This document shows positions 42,995 through 52,497 of a stretch of DNA of 64,000 bases, one piece after another (position 1 is the first letter of the stretch; each line of letters starts with the position of its first letter). Where the stretch lies: NCBI GenBank assembly GCA_034521595.1, contig JAXHMG010000003.1, positions 1,248,001 through 1,312,000 of the forward strand, read 5' to 3'. Source of the stretch: Gemmatimonadota bacterium. GTDB lineage: Bacteria > Gemmatimonadota > Gemmatimonadetes > Longimicrobiales > Gaopeijiaceae. The position numbers were made by a program, and so were the translations under genes. Under the pieces are notes generated by a model, which saw nothing but the letters and a program-made list of their open reading frames with translations, was not told where the DNA came from and searched no databases.

Positions 42995-43822
42995 ATGAGC
43001 CCCTCCTCTTCAATTCGAAGTCTCCCGTCCGCGCTCGCGCGTCAGGACGAGATCGCCGAGCGGATGGCCGGGAGGACGCCGGTGGTCTTCCTCGACTACG
43101 ACGGCACGCTCACACCGATCGTGGACGATCCCGCGAAAGCGACCCTGCCACCCGGGACCCGCGACGCCATCGATCATCTGAAGACGCGTTGCTCCGTAGC
43201 GATCATCAGCGGCCGAACCCTCGACGAGGTACGCGAGATGGTCGGGGTCGAGCGTATCCACTACGTCGGCAGTCACGGATTCGAGATCCGCGACCCGGAC
43301 GGTACCCTGCACCACAAGGGCGAAGAGTACCTGCCGGCTCTGGCACGGAGCGCCGAGCGGTTGGAGCGCCGATTGGAGGATATCCGGGGCACATGGGTCG
43401 AGCGCAAGGGCTTCGCGGTCGCCGTCCACTATCGAAGGCTCGAAGACCCGGAACAGGAACCGCTGGTGGCGGCGGCGGTGGACCGCACCGCCCGGGAGGA
43501 GCCGAGCCTGCGCAAGACCTCCGGAAAGAAGGTCCACGAGTTGCGGCCGGGCATGGAGTGGGACAAGGGCAAGGCGCTCCTGTGGGTGCTCGACGTGCTC
43601 GGAGCCGACGCTGACGGGCATATCCCCCTGTACATCGGCGACGACCTCACGGACGAGGACGCGTTTCGTGCTCTCGCGGACCGCGGCATCGGAATCGTCG
43701 TGGAGGGGGAAGACGACCGGGACACCGTCGCCGACTACTCCTTGTCGGATCCGGACGCGGTGCGTCGGTTCCTCGAGGCGTTGGCCGCGCTCCGGGACGA
43801 CGCCTCGTCGGACCGGCCGTGA
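42995..43822 (+). CDS. otsB: Trehalose-6-phosphate phosphatase
   Basis: FLDYDGTLTPIV, ISGR, GSHG, VHYR, ELRP...WDKG, GDDLTDEDAF. Confidence 0.92.
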   Translation: MSPSSSIRSLPSALARQDEIAERMAGRTPVVFLDYDGTLTPIVDDPAKATLPPGTRDAIDHLKTRCSVAIISGRTLDEVREMVGVERIHYVGSHGFEIRDPDGTLHHKGEEYLPALARSAERLERRLEDIRGTWVERKGFAVAVHYRRLEDPEQEPLVAAAVDRTAREEPSLRKTSGKKVHELRPGMEWDKGKALLWVLDVLGADADGHIPLYIGDDLTDEDAFRALADRGIGIVVEGEDDRDTVADYSLSDPDAVRRFLEALAALRDDASSDRP

Positions 43823-46482
43823 AGGAGCGCGACCGGAAAGCGTGAGAGCGCGCGAGCGAGCGGGAGATGGCCCTCGGATTCCGGCATCGCCACCGCGCGA
43901 CCCGTGATCGCGTCTCGCCAAGCCCGAGGCGCGTCCTCCGGAAGCTCGAGCGTCGTGTCCCGCCAGATCTCCTCGCCCAAAGGGAAGCGCCCGGGCGCGG
44001 TCAGGCCGGCCGGAAGCCGAGGAGCCACCGCCAACACCCACGCTCCACCGAGGTGCCGGAGGAACGCGATCACATGGTCGGCGGCGTGGCCCGAAACGTT
44101 CACGGGTCGGTAGCCCCCGTCACGGAAGAGGGTATCGTGCAGGCCCCGGAAGCGGAGCCCCCGCCATGTCAGCAGGAGCTTGACCCGTCCGTCGGTCCAA
44201 CCGTCGAGCATCTCGCGAAGGTGTTCGTCCGCGACGCGGTCCGGCTCCCCGCTCCCGCTCGTGCGAGAGCGGAGCTCCTCGAGGAGCGCGCGGCGACGCT
44301 CCCAGTCGACCGGCCCGCGGTTGTCCGGATCGACCATGCGGAGACGCCAGAGCTCTTCTCCCTGGAAGAAGTCCGGGACCCCCGGTGCGGCGAGCTTGAC
44401 GAGCAGCCGGCTCAGCGAGTTCAACGCGCCGTGGAACGCGGTCCTGGTCTGGAACTCCACGAAGTCGTCCAGGAACGGATGGTCGCGGCCGGGATCCAAG
44501 ATCCGGCGCATGAAGCCGATGAGCGCCTCTTCGTGGCGGGGACGCGGATCGTACCAGTCGGTGTGAACCTTGGCTTCCCGCGCGGCCTTCCGGAGGAAGG
44601 TCGCGAGCCGCTCCTCGAGTTCGGGCGTCACGCCCCCTTCGAACGGCCACACCCCGATGAGCGTCTGGTAGAGAAACCACTCTTCGTTCGGTGTGGGCAC
44701 GAGCCTGCGACCCACTCGCTCACGAAGGTCGTCGTTCCACGCATGCCACTGCTCCACCCGCTCACCCCATTCGTCCGCCAGCTCCGCGAGGACATGGATG
44801 CGCGCACGCATGTCCTCGCTCCTCTTCGTGTCATGGGTCGACGTGGTGTTGAGGGTCCGGGGCCACCGGCCGCCACGGAACGCGAGGACGTCGTGGAACG
44901 CGGACACGCCTCTCGCCGGCACGCCGGGGTCGGCCCCTACCTCGTTCGACGACGTGAGGACGTTGTACGTGTAGAAGGTGGTGTCCTCGAGACCTTTCGC
45001 CATCACGGCGCTCGTGAGCTGCTGCCAACGCTCCACGAGCTCGACGTTCGCGCTTCCCCCCGCCTCGAGTGCGAACAGGCTCCTGAGGACGGCGAACGCC
45101 CCCGCCGGCAGGTCTCTCCGACGTCTCCGCGCTCGATCGACGGCCTCGCGCATCGGGGCCACCTCCCGCGCCGTCGCGGGTGGTCCATTCACGTAGGTGC
45201 GGTAGCCCCGAAGCTGTACCGTGACCTCGGTGAGCGCAGCCTCGACTTCCGACCGCGCCAGGTCGCGGCCCCATACGTGCCCATGCACCAGCGGAAGCGC
45301 GAGGTCCACGAGCCGTTCGAGGTCCCGGCGGAAATGCATCCGGATGGCCTTACGCTTGTTCCTTCGGGCCTCTTCGTGGAATTCGGCGGCGGACCCGGTG
45401 AACGAGCGATAGCGCTCTCGGAGCCGCGCCGCCCCATCCGCACCGACCAGGACACCGTCCGCGGCTGCGATGAAGTCGTAGCCCGTGGTCCCGTCAGCCT
45501 CCCACGACTCGGGAAGGCTCTCTTCCGGAGCCAGGATCTTCTCGACCAGGAGCGCGACCTCCCCCTCTCCACGACCGGCACGCTCCACGAGCTCGCGCAA
45601 GCGTGCCAGGTATCCCTCGGGATCGGCCAGGCCGTCGACGTGGTCCACGCGCAGCCCGCCGATGGGAAGGCGTTCCAGCAATTCGGCCAGGAAGGCGTGC
45701 CAGTCCCGGAAGACCTCGCTCCGCTCCATCCGCAGGGCGACGAGGTGGGCGATGTCGAAGAAGCGCCGGTAGTTCACCTCCTCCGGAGCGGTCCGCCAAT
45801 GGACGAGCCAGTAGGGTTGGGCGACGAGCATGCGGTCGAGCGCAGCACGGCCCTCCGGGTCGGTTCCGGCCCGGTTCAGCGACGCGACGGCCGCCTCCGC
45901 CTCCTCGTCACTCGTGCCGCCGGGACGCGACAGCACGGGATGGGCCGACACGTCGAGCGGCAACACGTGGTCATAGTACCGCAGCAGGTATCCGCTCGGG
46001 CCCCGGACCACCTCGAGCTCTCCCGCTTCCAGGACCCGGTGGTAGCGCCGTCCGAGGATCGGCAGGATGACCTTCCCGCGCGTCGGCGGCTCGTGTTGAT
46101 CCCAATCCACGTCGAAGAAGGCGCCGTAGCCGGAAGCAGGCCCGTCTTCCAACACGCTCCACCAGCGTCCGTTCTCGTGGCTGAGCGCCATGTGGTTCGG
46201 CACGATATCCAGAATCAAGGACATCCGCGACGCGCGGCACGCGGAGCCGAGCCGCTCCAGGCCTTCCAAGCCTCCGAGCCCGGCATCGATGCGTCCCGGA
46301 TCCACCACGTCGTACCCGTGCCCGCTCCCGCTCCTCGACTGGAAGACGGGAGACAGATACAGCGTGGACACGCCCAGGTCCCGAAGGTACGTCGTCAGGG
46401 CTTGAACGCCCGCGAACCCGCCCGTCGCGGCCACCTGAATCCGGTAGCTCCCGGCAGCGGAGGACGGAGCGCTTCGGCTCAC
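43735..46482 (-). CDS. treY: Malto-oligosyltrehalose synthase
   Basis: YRIQ, HGYDVVD, DIVPNHM, NYRRFFDI, LRVDHVDGL, VEKIL, TSTHDTKRSED, VDPDNR; GTGA coupling to the GH57 gene. Confidence 0.93.
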   Translation of the reverse strand: MSRSAPSSAAGSYRIQVAATGGFAGVQALTTYLRDLGVSTLYLSPVFQSRSGSGHGYDVVDPGRIDAGLGGLEGLERLGSACRASRMSLILDIVPNHMALSHENGRWWSVLEDGPASGYGAFFDVDWDQHEPPTRGKVILPILGRRYHRVLEAGELEVVRGPSGYLLRYYDHVLPLDVSAHPVLSRPGGTSDEEAEAAVASLNRAGTDPEGRAALDRMLVAQPYWLVHWRTAPEEVNYRRFFDIAHLVALRMERSEVFRDWHAFLAELLERLPIGGLRVDHVDGLADPEGYLARLRELVERAGRGEGEVALLVEKILAPEESLPESWEADGTTGYDFIAAADGVLVGADGAARLRERYRSFTGSAAEFHEEARRNKRKAIRMHFRRDLERLVDLALPLVHGHVWGRDLARSEVEAALTEVTVQLRGYRTYVNGPPATAREVAPMREAVDRARRRRRDLPAGAFAVLRSLFALEAGGSANVELVERWQQLTSAVMAKGLEDTTFYTYNVLTSSNEVGADPGVPARGVSAFHDVLAFRGGRWPRTLNTTSTHDTKRSEDMRARIHVLAELADEWGERVEQWHAWNDDLRERVGRRLVPTPNEEWFLYQTLIGVWPFEGGVTPELEERLATFLRKAAREAKVHTDWYDPRPRHEEALIGFMRRILDPGRDHPFLDDFVEFQTRTAFHGALNSLSRLLVKLAAPGVPDFFQGEELWRLRMVDPDNRGPVDWERRRALLEELRSRTSGSGEPDRVADEHLREMLDGWTDGRVKLLLTWRGLRFRGLHDTLFRDGGYRPVNVSGHAADHVIAFLRHLGGAWVLAVAPRLPAGLTAPGRFPLGEEIWRDTTLELPEDAPRAWRDAITGRAVAMPESEGHLPLARALSRFPVALLHGRSDEASSRSAANASRNRRTASGSDKE

Positions 46483-48956
46483 GTCACGGCCACCGACAGC
46501 ATCTCGCCGGTCTGCCGGAACAGATCGATCCATCGTCGCGCCTGGGCATCACCCTCCTCGGCCGCGGCGACGCGCGCGCCATAGCCGTTCCGGAGCACCC
46601 GGAAGAAGGTGTTCTGAGCTCCCCAGAGATCGGCTTTGAAGTCCAGGCTTCCCATCAACTCGACACCCCGCTTGAGGTTCTCGAGCCTCTCGAGCTGATC
46701 GGGTTCCTCGGCCATGTGATCCGCCAATCTCGCCAGAGCCTTGCCGACCGCGTGGTGGAGCTCGTCGTGCTCGAGGTGCACGCCGCGCTCCTCGACCTCG
46801 GCGCACAAGGCCGCCATGTGGTCGAGGTCGGGCGGATCGCGCCTGAGGGTCGCATCCATACGTCTGTTGAGCACGGACCGCGCCGCGGTCTGAAAGACAC
46901 CGGGCGGCGGCACGCCCAGCTCCGCCGCGAAGCGCATGAGCGAGGCGGACTTTTCGTACAGGTCCTCGAGCACGACCTCCGCCTCTCGCACCGAGGACTC
47001 CATGATCTGCTCGAGCACCTCTTCTTGCTCGTCCGGGAAGAGGGCCCGGAGCGAATCGATCGATACATGATACTCCTGGTCCAGCACCCGGACCATCTTC
47101 GCGAGCTCACCCCGCTCGAAGGCCTCCTCGAGCTGCTGCCGCGCGGCCCGGGCGCTCCGGGTGCCCTGGAAGCCACGAACACCCCCGATCACGTGGTGAT
47201 CACCCGTATACACGGCTGCATACGAGAGGTGGGCCGACTCGTGCGTCACCACCGACCGGAAGTGCGCCCAACCCGCCAGCACGCGAGACCGGTCGGCTTC
47301 CGCGGTGCTCTCGTCTCGGTCGCTCACCCGGTAACAATGGACCTCGGCCTCGTCTCCTTCGTAGCTCTTGAAGAGCGAGCGAAGCACGTAGTGGGCCGCC
47401 ACCTCGGGAAGGTCGACCCGTTCCGGTCGAACCTCCTTCTCGTACAGGACCCGCCCGTTCTGTTTCGCCTGAATGTTGCTGCGCGCGTGCTCCAGCTCCG
47501 AGAGGAAGCCGCTTTCCACGGACTCTCCGAACAGATCTTCGGCGAGTTGGATCACCCTCCCCGCGTAGCGCAGGACCTGCACGGTCTCGATGCCGGAGAT
47601 ATCGGCGAAGAACCAGCCACAGCTCGTGTACATGAGCATGGCGTGTCGCTGAAGCTCGAGAAGCTTGAGCGCCCGGACCTTCTCGGCATCGCCGAGCTCG
47701 CCCGCCGCATGCTCGGACAGGAACGACTCCACATTCCCCGGGCTGCGGTCCAGAACCACCCGGATATACTGGTCCCGGGCATCCCACGGATCCGCGAGAA
47801 GCTCCCCCGCGGCTTCCTCGAAGCGTGGGTCGAGCTCTTCACGCAGCCCGTCCAACGCCTTCCGGAGAGGCGCCCTCCAAGCCTGGTTCCAGCTCGCCGG
47901 TGCGCCCGTGCTGCACCCGCAATCGCTACGCCAACGCTCGACCCCGTGCACACAGCTCCACGAGGAGCCCTCGATGATCTTCGCCTCCCATCGCGGGGCA
48001 TGGCGCTCGAGGAAATGGGCATAGTTGGTGACTTCGACCCCTTCCTCTTCCTCCAGCTTCGCGAGCGCGTAGGACAGCGCCAGCTCTCCGTAGACATGGT
48101 GATGGCCGAACGTCTCCCCGTCCGTCGCGATGTGTACCAGGCGCGGCTCGTCCGCGTCCTCGCCGTGGATCCCCAGGAGACGCTCCGCCAGCCGCTCACC
48201 GTTTCTCGCCAGCTCCTCGAAGGCCACGGCGCGGGAGATGGGCCCGTCGTAGAAGAACACCGCGATCGTGCGTCCGGACGGGAGGTTCACCAGGTACGGA
48301 CGCGACGGATCCACGTGGCCTCCGGACACGTCTTGCCAGGAGGCGTCCCCCGCGCCCTCGGCGTCCTCGCCCTCGTGCGCGGTCGCGTCGTCGCCGTTCA
48401 ACGGACGGACAGCCGCCGCCTGTCGAGGGGCGAGCACGGTGAACGCGATCCCGTGCTCCGCCAGTGCTTCCAACGTGTCCAGATCCACGGCGGTCTCGGG
48501 AAGCCACATGCCCTCCGGATCCCGCTCGAACCGCTTCTGGAAGTCCTTGATCCCCCAACGGACCTGCGTGCGTTTGTCCCGGGGGCTGGCCAGAGGCATG
48601 ATCATGTGCCCGTACGCCTGCGCCATGGCGGATCCGTGCCCGTCGAACCGCTCCCGGCTCGCCCGGTCGGCCTCCAGGATCGCCCCGTAGGTGAATCGCG
48701 TGTTTTCCTCCATCCACGACAGCAACGTAGGGCCGAAATTGAACGACATCCGGCTGTAGTTGCTCACGATGTCGGTGATCCTCGAGTCCTCGTCGAAGAG
48801 CCGAGACGCAGCGTTCGGCGCATAACACTCGGCCGTGACCCGCTGGTTCCAGTCGTGGTGGGGATGCGCCGAATCCTGCCGCTCCACGGTCTCGAGCCAC
48901 GGGTTCTCCCGTGGCGGTTGGTAGAAGTGACCGTGAATGCAGATATGGCGGGTCAT
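46479..48956 (-). CDS. Glycoside hydrolase family 57 protein with a DUF3536-type C-terminus
   Basis: HGHFYQPPRENPW, GMWLPETAVD, ATDGETFGHH, SWSC.HGVERW, MYTSCGWFF. Confidence 0.9.
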   Translation of the reverse strand: MTRHICIHGHFYQPPRENPWLETVERQDSAHPHHDWNQRVTAECYAPNAASRLFDEDSRITDIVSNYSRMSFNFGPTLLSWMEENTRFTYGAILEADRASRERFDGHGSAMAQAYGHMIMPLASPRDKRTQVRWGIKDFQKRFERDPEGMWLPETAVDLDTLEALAEHGIAFTVLAPRQAAAVRPLNGDDATAHEGEDAEGAGDASWQDVSGGHVDPSRPYLVNLPSGRTIAVFFYDGPISRAVAFEELARNGERLAERLLGIHGEDADEPRLVHIATDGETFGHHHVYGELALSYALAKLEEEEGVEVTNYAHFLERHAPRWEAKIIEGSSWSCVHGVERWRSDCGCSTGAPASWNQAWRAPLRKALDGLREELDPRFEEAAGELLADPWDARDQYIRVVLDRSPGNVESFLSEHAAGELGDAEKVRALKLLELQRHAMLMYTSCGWFFADISGIETVQVLRYAGRVIQLAEDLFGESVESGFLSELEHARSNIQAKQNGRVLYEKEVRPERVDLPEVAAHYVLRSLFKSYEGDEAEVHCYRVSDRDESTAEADRSRVLAGWAHFRSVVTHESAHLSYAAVYTGDHHVIGGVRGFQGTRSARAARQQLEEAFERGELAKMVRVLDQEYHVSIDSLRALFPDEQEEVLEQIMESSVREAEVVLEDLYEKSASLMRFAAELGVPPPGVFQTAARSVLNRRMDATLRRDPPDLDHMAALCAEVEERGVHLEHDELHHAVGKALARLADHMAEEPDQLERLENLKRGVELMGSLDFKADLWGAQNTFFRVLRNGYGARVAAAEEGDAQARRWIDLFRQTGEMLSVAVT

Positions 48957-49040
48957 GCGGACGCTCCCGTCGATGTGGGTCCGAGCTACTCGAGTGGGAA
49001 CCGTCCCGGAGGGATTATGGGGTCCGGGTCCCGGCCGTCT

Positions 49041-49556
49041 TCAGGCGCCCGAAGTCGGTTCCATGAGCGCGACGAGCCGCCGCCCCTCGATCGCTTTCGA
49101 ACGCTGCTCGATGCGCCCCACGTCCGACAGGCTCTCGAGCATGCGGTCGAGGGTCTCCACACCGACATCGGCCTGACGGAGCTCGCGGCCCCGGAAGCGG
49201 AGCACGACGCGCACGGCGTTTCCTTCTTCGAGAAAGCGGCGCGCCCGCTTGCTCTTCACCTCGAAGTCGTGGTCGTCCGTCCGCGGGCGGAGCTGGATCT
49301 CCTTGAGCTCGACGGTGTGTTGCTTCTTCCGAGCTTCCCGCTGCTTCTTCTGTCGCTCGTAGCGCTCCTTCCCCCAATCCATCAGCCGGACCACGGGAGG
49401 CCTCGCGTTCGCCGCGACTTCGACCAGGTCGAGCTCTTCCTCCGCGGCCCGCTCCTTCGCGGCGTCCAGCGACACGACGCCGACCTGTTCCCCGTCCTTG
49501 CCGACCAGGCGCACGGGGCTGATTCGGATGTTCTCGTTCACTCTCGGGTTGTCGAT
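49041..49556 (-). CDS. infC: Translation initiation factor IF-3, probable ATC start
   Basis: RVNENI, DLVEVA...PPV...MDWGK, KEIQLRP, FRGRE; AGGAG lies 7 nt before an in-frame ATC at 49556. Confidence 0.9.
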   Translation of the reverse strand: MDNPRVNENIRISPVRLVGKDGEQVGVVSLDAAKERAAEEELDLVEVAANARPPVVRLMDWGKERYERQKKQREARKKQHTVELKEIQLRPRTDDHDFEVKSKRARRFLEEGNAVRVVLRFRGRELRQADVGVETLDRMLESLSDVGRIEQRSKAIEGRRLVALMEPTSGA

Positions 49557-49683
49557 ACGGCTTCTCCTGATTGGAGGATCGAAGGGATGACGAGCGCGGG
49601 GACGACACGGCCGCCACGGCCGTTAATATCGCATTCGAGGCCGAAAGGTCCCAGCGCAGCTCACGGATGCGGCCGCCCCAAGC

Positions 49684-50310
49684 CTATCGGAGCTGGATCT
49701 TCCGCACCAGGAGGCCCGTGGTCGAGACGCGAACTTCGAAGCGCGCGGGACTCGCGACATCGATATACGTGGCGGAGCCGTATTCGGCATCGAGCAGAAA
49801 GCGCAGCCAGGTGTGGCGTCGGGCCAAATCGAACAGGTCGACCGGCTTTTCCGTCTTCAATGAGTGCACGGTTCTCGGCATCGCACGCTCGTCCTCGACG
49901 TCCACGTACCGCCCCGTCAGCCGGTCGAGCTCGTACTGGGTGTGATGCCCCAGCACGTTGCCCAGGTAGTGCCATTTCAGGATATGCGCATCGACCAACA
50001 CCTGGTCGCCCCGGACGTGAAGCGTCGTGTCACGGCCGTCCGGAAACTCCAGGAACGCTTGGAACTCGCGGGGTCCCGTGGGCACGGTGGTGACCGTGAC
50101 GGCCAGTTCCTCCTGCGTGAGGCCCCGGTACCCCTGCGTGGCCACTCCCAACGTGGCCGCGAGGGCGCCCAGCGCCAGGAACAGCACGCCTCCGCCCGAC
50201 TGTGCCAAGCTCCCCATCCACCGGCGCCTCCGGACCGCTCGGGCGCCGAGCACCAGAAAGACGAGGCCCACGCCGGCGAACCCGAGCGCGATACCTGCCA
50301 GAATCTCCAT
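49684..50310 (-). CDS. Hypothetical membrane protein (two TM helices plus a soluble domain)
   Basis: Two hydrophobic segments; GAGGTG upstream of MEILAG. Confidence 0.7.
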   Translation of the reverse strand: MEILAGIALGFAGVGLVFLVLGARAVRRRRWMGSLAQSGGGVLFLALGALAATLGVATQGYRGLTQEELAVTVTTVPTGPREFQAFLEFPDGRDTTLHVRGDQVLVDAHILKWHYLGNVLGHHTQYELDRLTGRYVDVEDERAMPRTVHSLKTEKPVDLFDLARRHTWLRFLLDAEYGSATYIDVASPARFEVRVSTTGLLVRKIQLR

Positions 50311-50528
50311 GGATGACACCTCATCTTGGGGCTCGTCGAGCCGGACGCGACCGGGAAAGGGGTGGGCCGATCGCCGCGCGGACCACGCGGACAACGTGGC
50401 GGCTCCCCGCCCCGCGGGCCAGCGGCCCCCGGGGCCGGACTGTGCAGGCGTGAGCCACCCGGACGTCTCAGGGGTATCGGGGTTCGGACCCGACCGGCTT
50501 CATTGGCCCACCACAGCACGGAGCACAC

Positions 50529-52367
50529 ATGCGACCACCCCACCGCCTCCGGACGCTCCAGGCCATCTTCGGTGGGCCGCTGCTGGCGCTGCTCCTGCTT
50601 CCCGCCGCCGGCGCGGCGCAGACGAGCCCCGCCGACTCCGCGGAGATCGTGGACGAGATGCGCGAGATGCAGGAGGACTTCGAGCGCTTCCGCGAGAGCC
50701 GGATCCCCGTGGAGGTCGATCGCACCGCGGCCAGTTGCGACGAGCGCATCGGTCGCATCTGCATCTGGTTCGGCGGGGACGACGAGGCGGACATCCCCGG
50801 TGAGCTCCGGGAGGTCCGGCAGGCACGGGTGGAGCTCATCCGTGCGCTCGCGGACGCTTCCGACCGCGTCGCCGACCCGTGGGTGCTCGGCCAACGCGTG
50901 CACTACCTGGTGGAAAACCGCGACATGGGCGAAGCCGAGCGCGTGGCGATCGAGTGCGGGATCGCGGAGACGTGGTGGTGCTCCGCCCTGCTCGGCTACG
51001 TCTACCACGTCTGGACCCGCTACATCGAGTCGGAGCGGGCATTCCGGGAGGCGCTCGCCGCCATGCCGGGGCCGGTCCGCGAGGAGTGGACGACCCCCCG
51101 TTACGTCTTCACCTCCGACGGCGTGGAGGCCTTCCGCGACGCTCCGCTCGCGGAGCGCGAGCGGCAGTGGGAGCTCCTCTGGCGTCTCTCCGACCCGCTC
51201 TTCCTGTTCGAGGGCAACGACCGACTCACCGACCACTACGCGCGCCTCGTGGTGGCCGAGAACCGAAGGGACGCCGCGCACCCCCAGGACCTCGAGTGGG
51301 ACGACGACCTCGAGGAGTCGCTGGTCCGGTACGGGCGGAACACCGGATACAGCCGGACGCACGATCCCGCGCGCGCGTCCAGCCCAGTCCAGGACACGCG
51401 GCGGGTGGTCGGACACCACCACCCCATGAGCCGCGGGTACCTTTTTCCCGAGACGTTTCTGGCCTCGCCGTCGGACATTCCGCCCGAGAGCTGGATCACC
51501 GCGCCCCGGGAGGCCCGCACCTGGTACGCTCCACCCTACGCCCCCGACATCCGGGGGCTCGAGACCCAGGTCGGGCGCTTCCGGCGGGGCGACGAGATGC
51601 TCGTGGTCGGCGCCTACCGGCCGACCGTCGAGGGCCCGTCCGGACGCGCCGTTCCCGCGTGGGAGGCGGCCGGCGCCGCCGAGGAGCCCGCGGGAGCCGC
51701 GCTCTTCCTGGTGCCGGAGGACGGAGGGGAGATGGTGTACGTCCAGGGCGACGACCCCGAGGGCGTCCTGGCCATGCAGGCCGAGCCCGGCCGGTACGTG
51801 AGCAGCCTCGAGGTGGTGAACCCCGAGCGACGTCGGGCTTGGCGAGCGCGTCAGGGCGTGGCCCAACAGCCGCTCGCGCCGGGGCTGGTCGGCGTGTCCG
51901 ACCTGATGCTCCTCCGCGAGGACGCGCCCCTGCCCGAGTCGCTCGCCGAAGCGATCCCGAACGTGCGGCCCGGCATCCGCGTGCGCGCCGGGGAGCGGTT
52001 CCCCGTGATCTGGGAGGTCTACGGGCTCGCCGTGCGCGAGCCCGTACGGGTCACGATCGGGTTCAGTGGCGGGCGCCCGGGTTTTCTGGAGCGCGTGGGG
52101 GCGTTCCTCGGCGTGATCGAGCCGGAGCGCAACATCGACATCACCTTCGACGAGACCGGTCCCGAGGACCGGGTCCAATCGGTCTTCCGGTCCATCGAGC
52201 TCGAGCTGCCCGAGCTGGAGCCGGGGGAGTACACCCTGCACCTACGTCTCGAGCTGTCGGGACGCGACCCCGTCGTGACGAGCCGGCCGATCGTGGTCGT
52301 GGCCGCGCTGCCGGGCCTCGAGGGCGTGGCGGACCGGTCTCTTGCAGGGGGGCGAGCCGCCGGCTAG
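50529..52367 (+). CDS. Secreted hypothetical protein with a GWxTD-like helical domain and a C-terminal Ig-like part
   Basis: Signal peptide ending GAAQ; LWRLSDPLFLFEGNDRLTDHYAR...VRYG pattern; GC3-rich codons. Confidence 0.65.
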   Translation: MRPPHRLRTLQAIFGGPLLALLLLPAAGAAQTSPADSAEIVDEMREMQEDFERFRESRIPVEVDRTAASCDERIGRICIWFGGDDEADIPGELREVRQARVELIRALADASDRVADPWVLGQRVHYLVENRDMGEAERVAIECGIAETWWCSALLGYVYHVWTRYIESERAFREALAAMPGPVREEWTTPRYVFTSDGVEAFRDAPLAERERQWELLWRLSDPLFLFEGNDRLTDHYARLVVAENRRDAAHPQDLEWDDDLEESLVRYGRNTGYSRTHDPARASSPVQDTRRVVGHHHPMSRGYLFPETFLASPSDIPPESWITAPREARTWYAPPYAPDIRGLETQVGRFRRGDEMLVVGAYRPTVEGPSGRAVPAWEAAGAAEEPAGAALFLVPEDGGEMVYVQGDDPEGVLAMQAEPGRYVSSLEVVNPERRRAWRARQGVAQQPLAPGLVGVSDLMLLREDAPLPESLAEAIPNVRPGIRVRAGERFPVIWEVYGLAVREPVRVTIGFSGGRPGFLERVGAFLGVIEPERNIDITFDETGPEDRVQSVFRSIELELPELEPGEYTLHLRLELSGRDPVVTSRPIVVVAALPGLEGVADRSLAGGRAAG

Positions 52368-52497
52368 GATGACTTGAAGGCTGAGGCCGCCGTGGCGGCG
52401 CTCGACATTGGGGAGGTCGACCCCTCCCGCGCTCGACACGGGCCTCCGAGTCCGGTATCTGGTCAGGTGCCGGCCGCACTCGTGCAGGGAGGTGCAC

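Noticed and set aside
46716-50093. 1125-aa + strand ORF, and similar long ORFs at 43867-46584, 40209-42302, 28006-30036, 3097-4737 and 49977-52241
   Set aside because: Antisense shadows of well-supported genes in high-GC DNA; no motifs.
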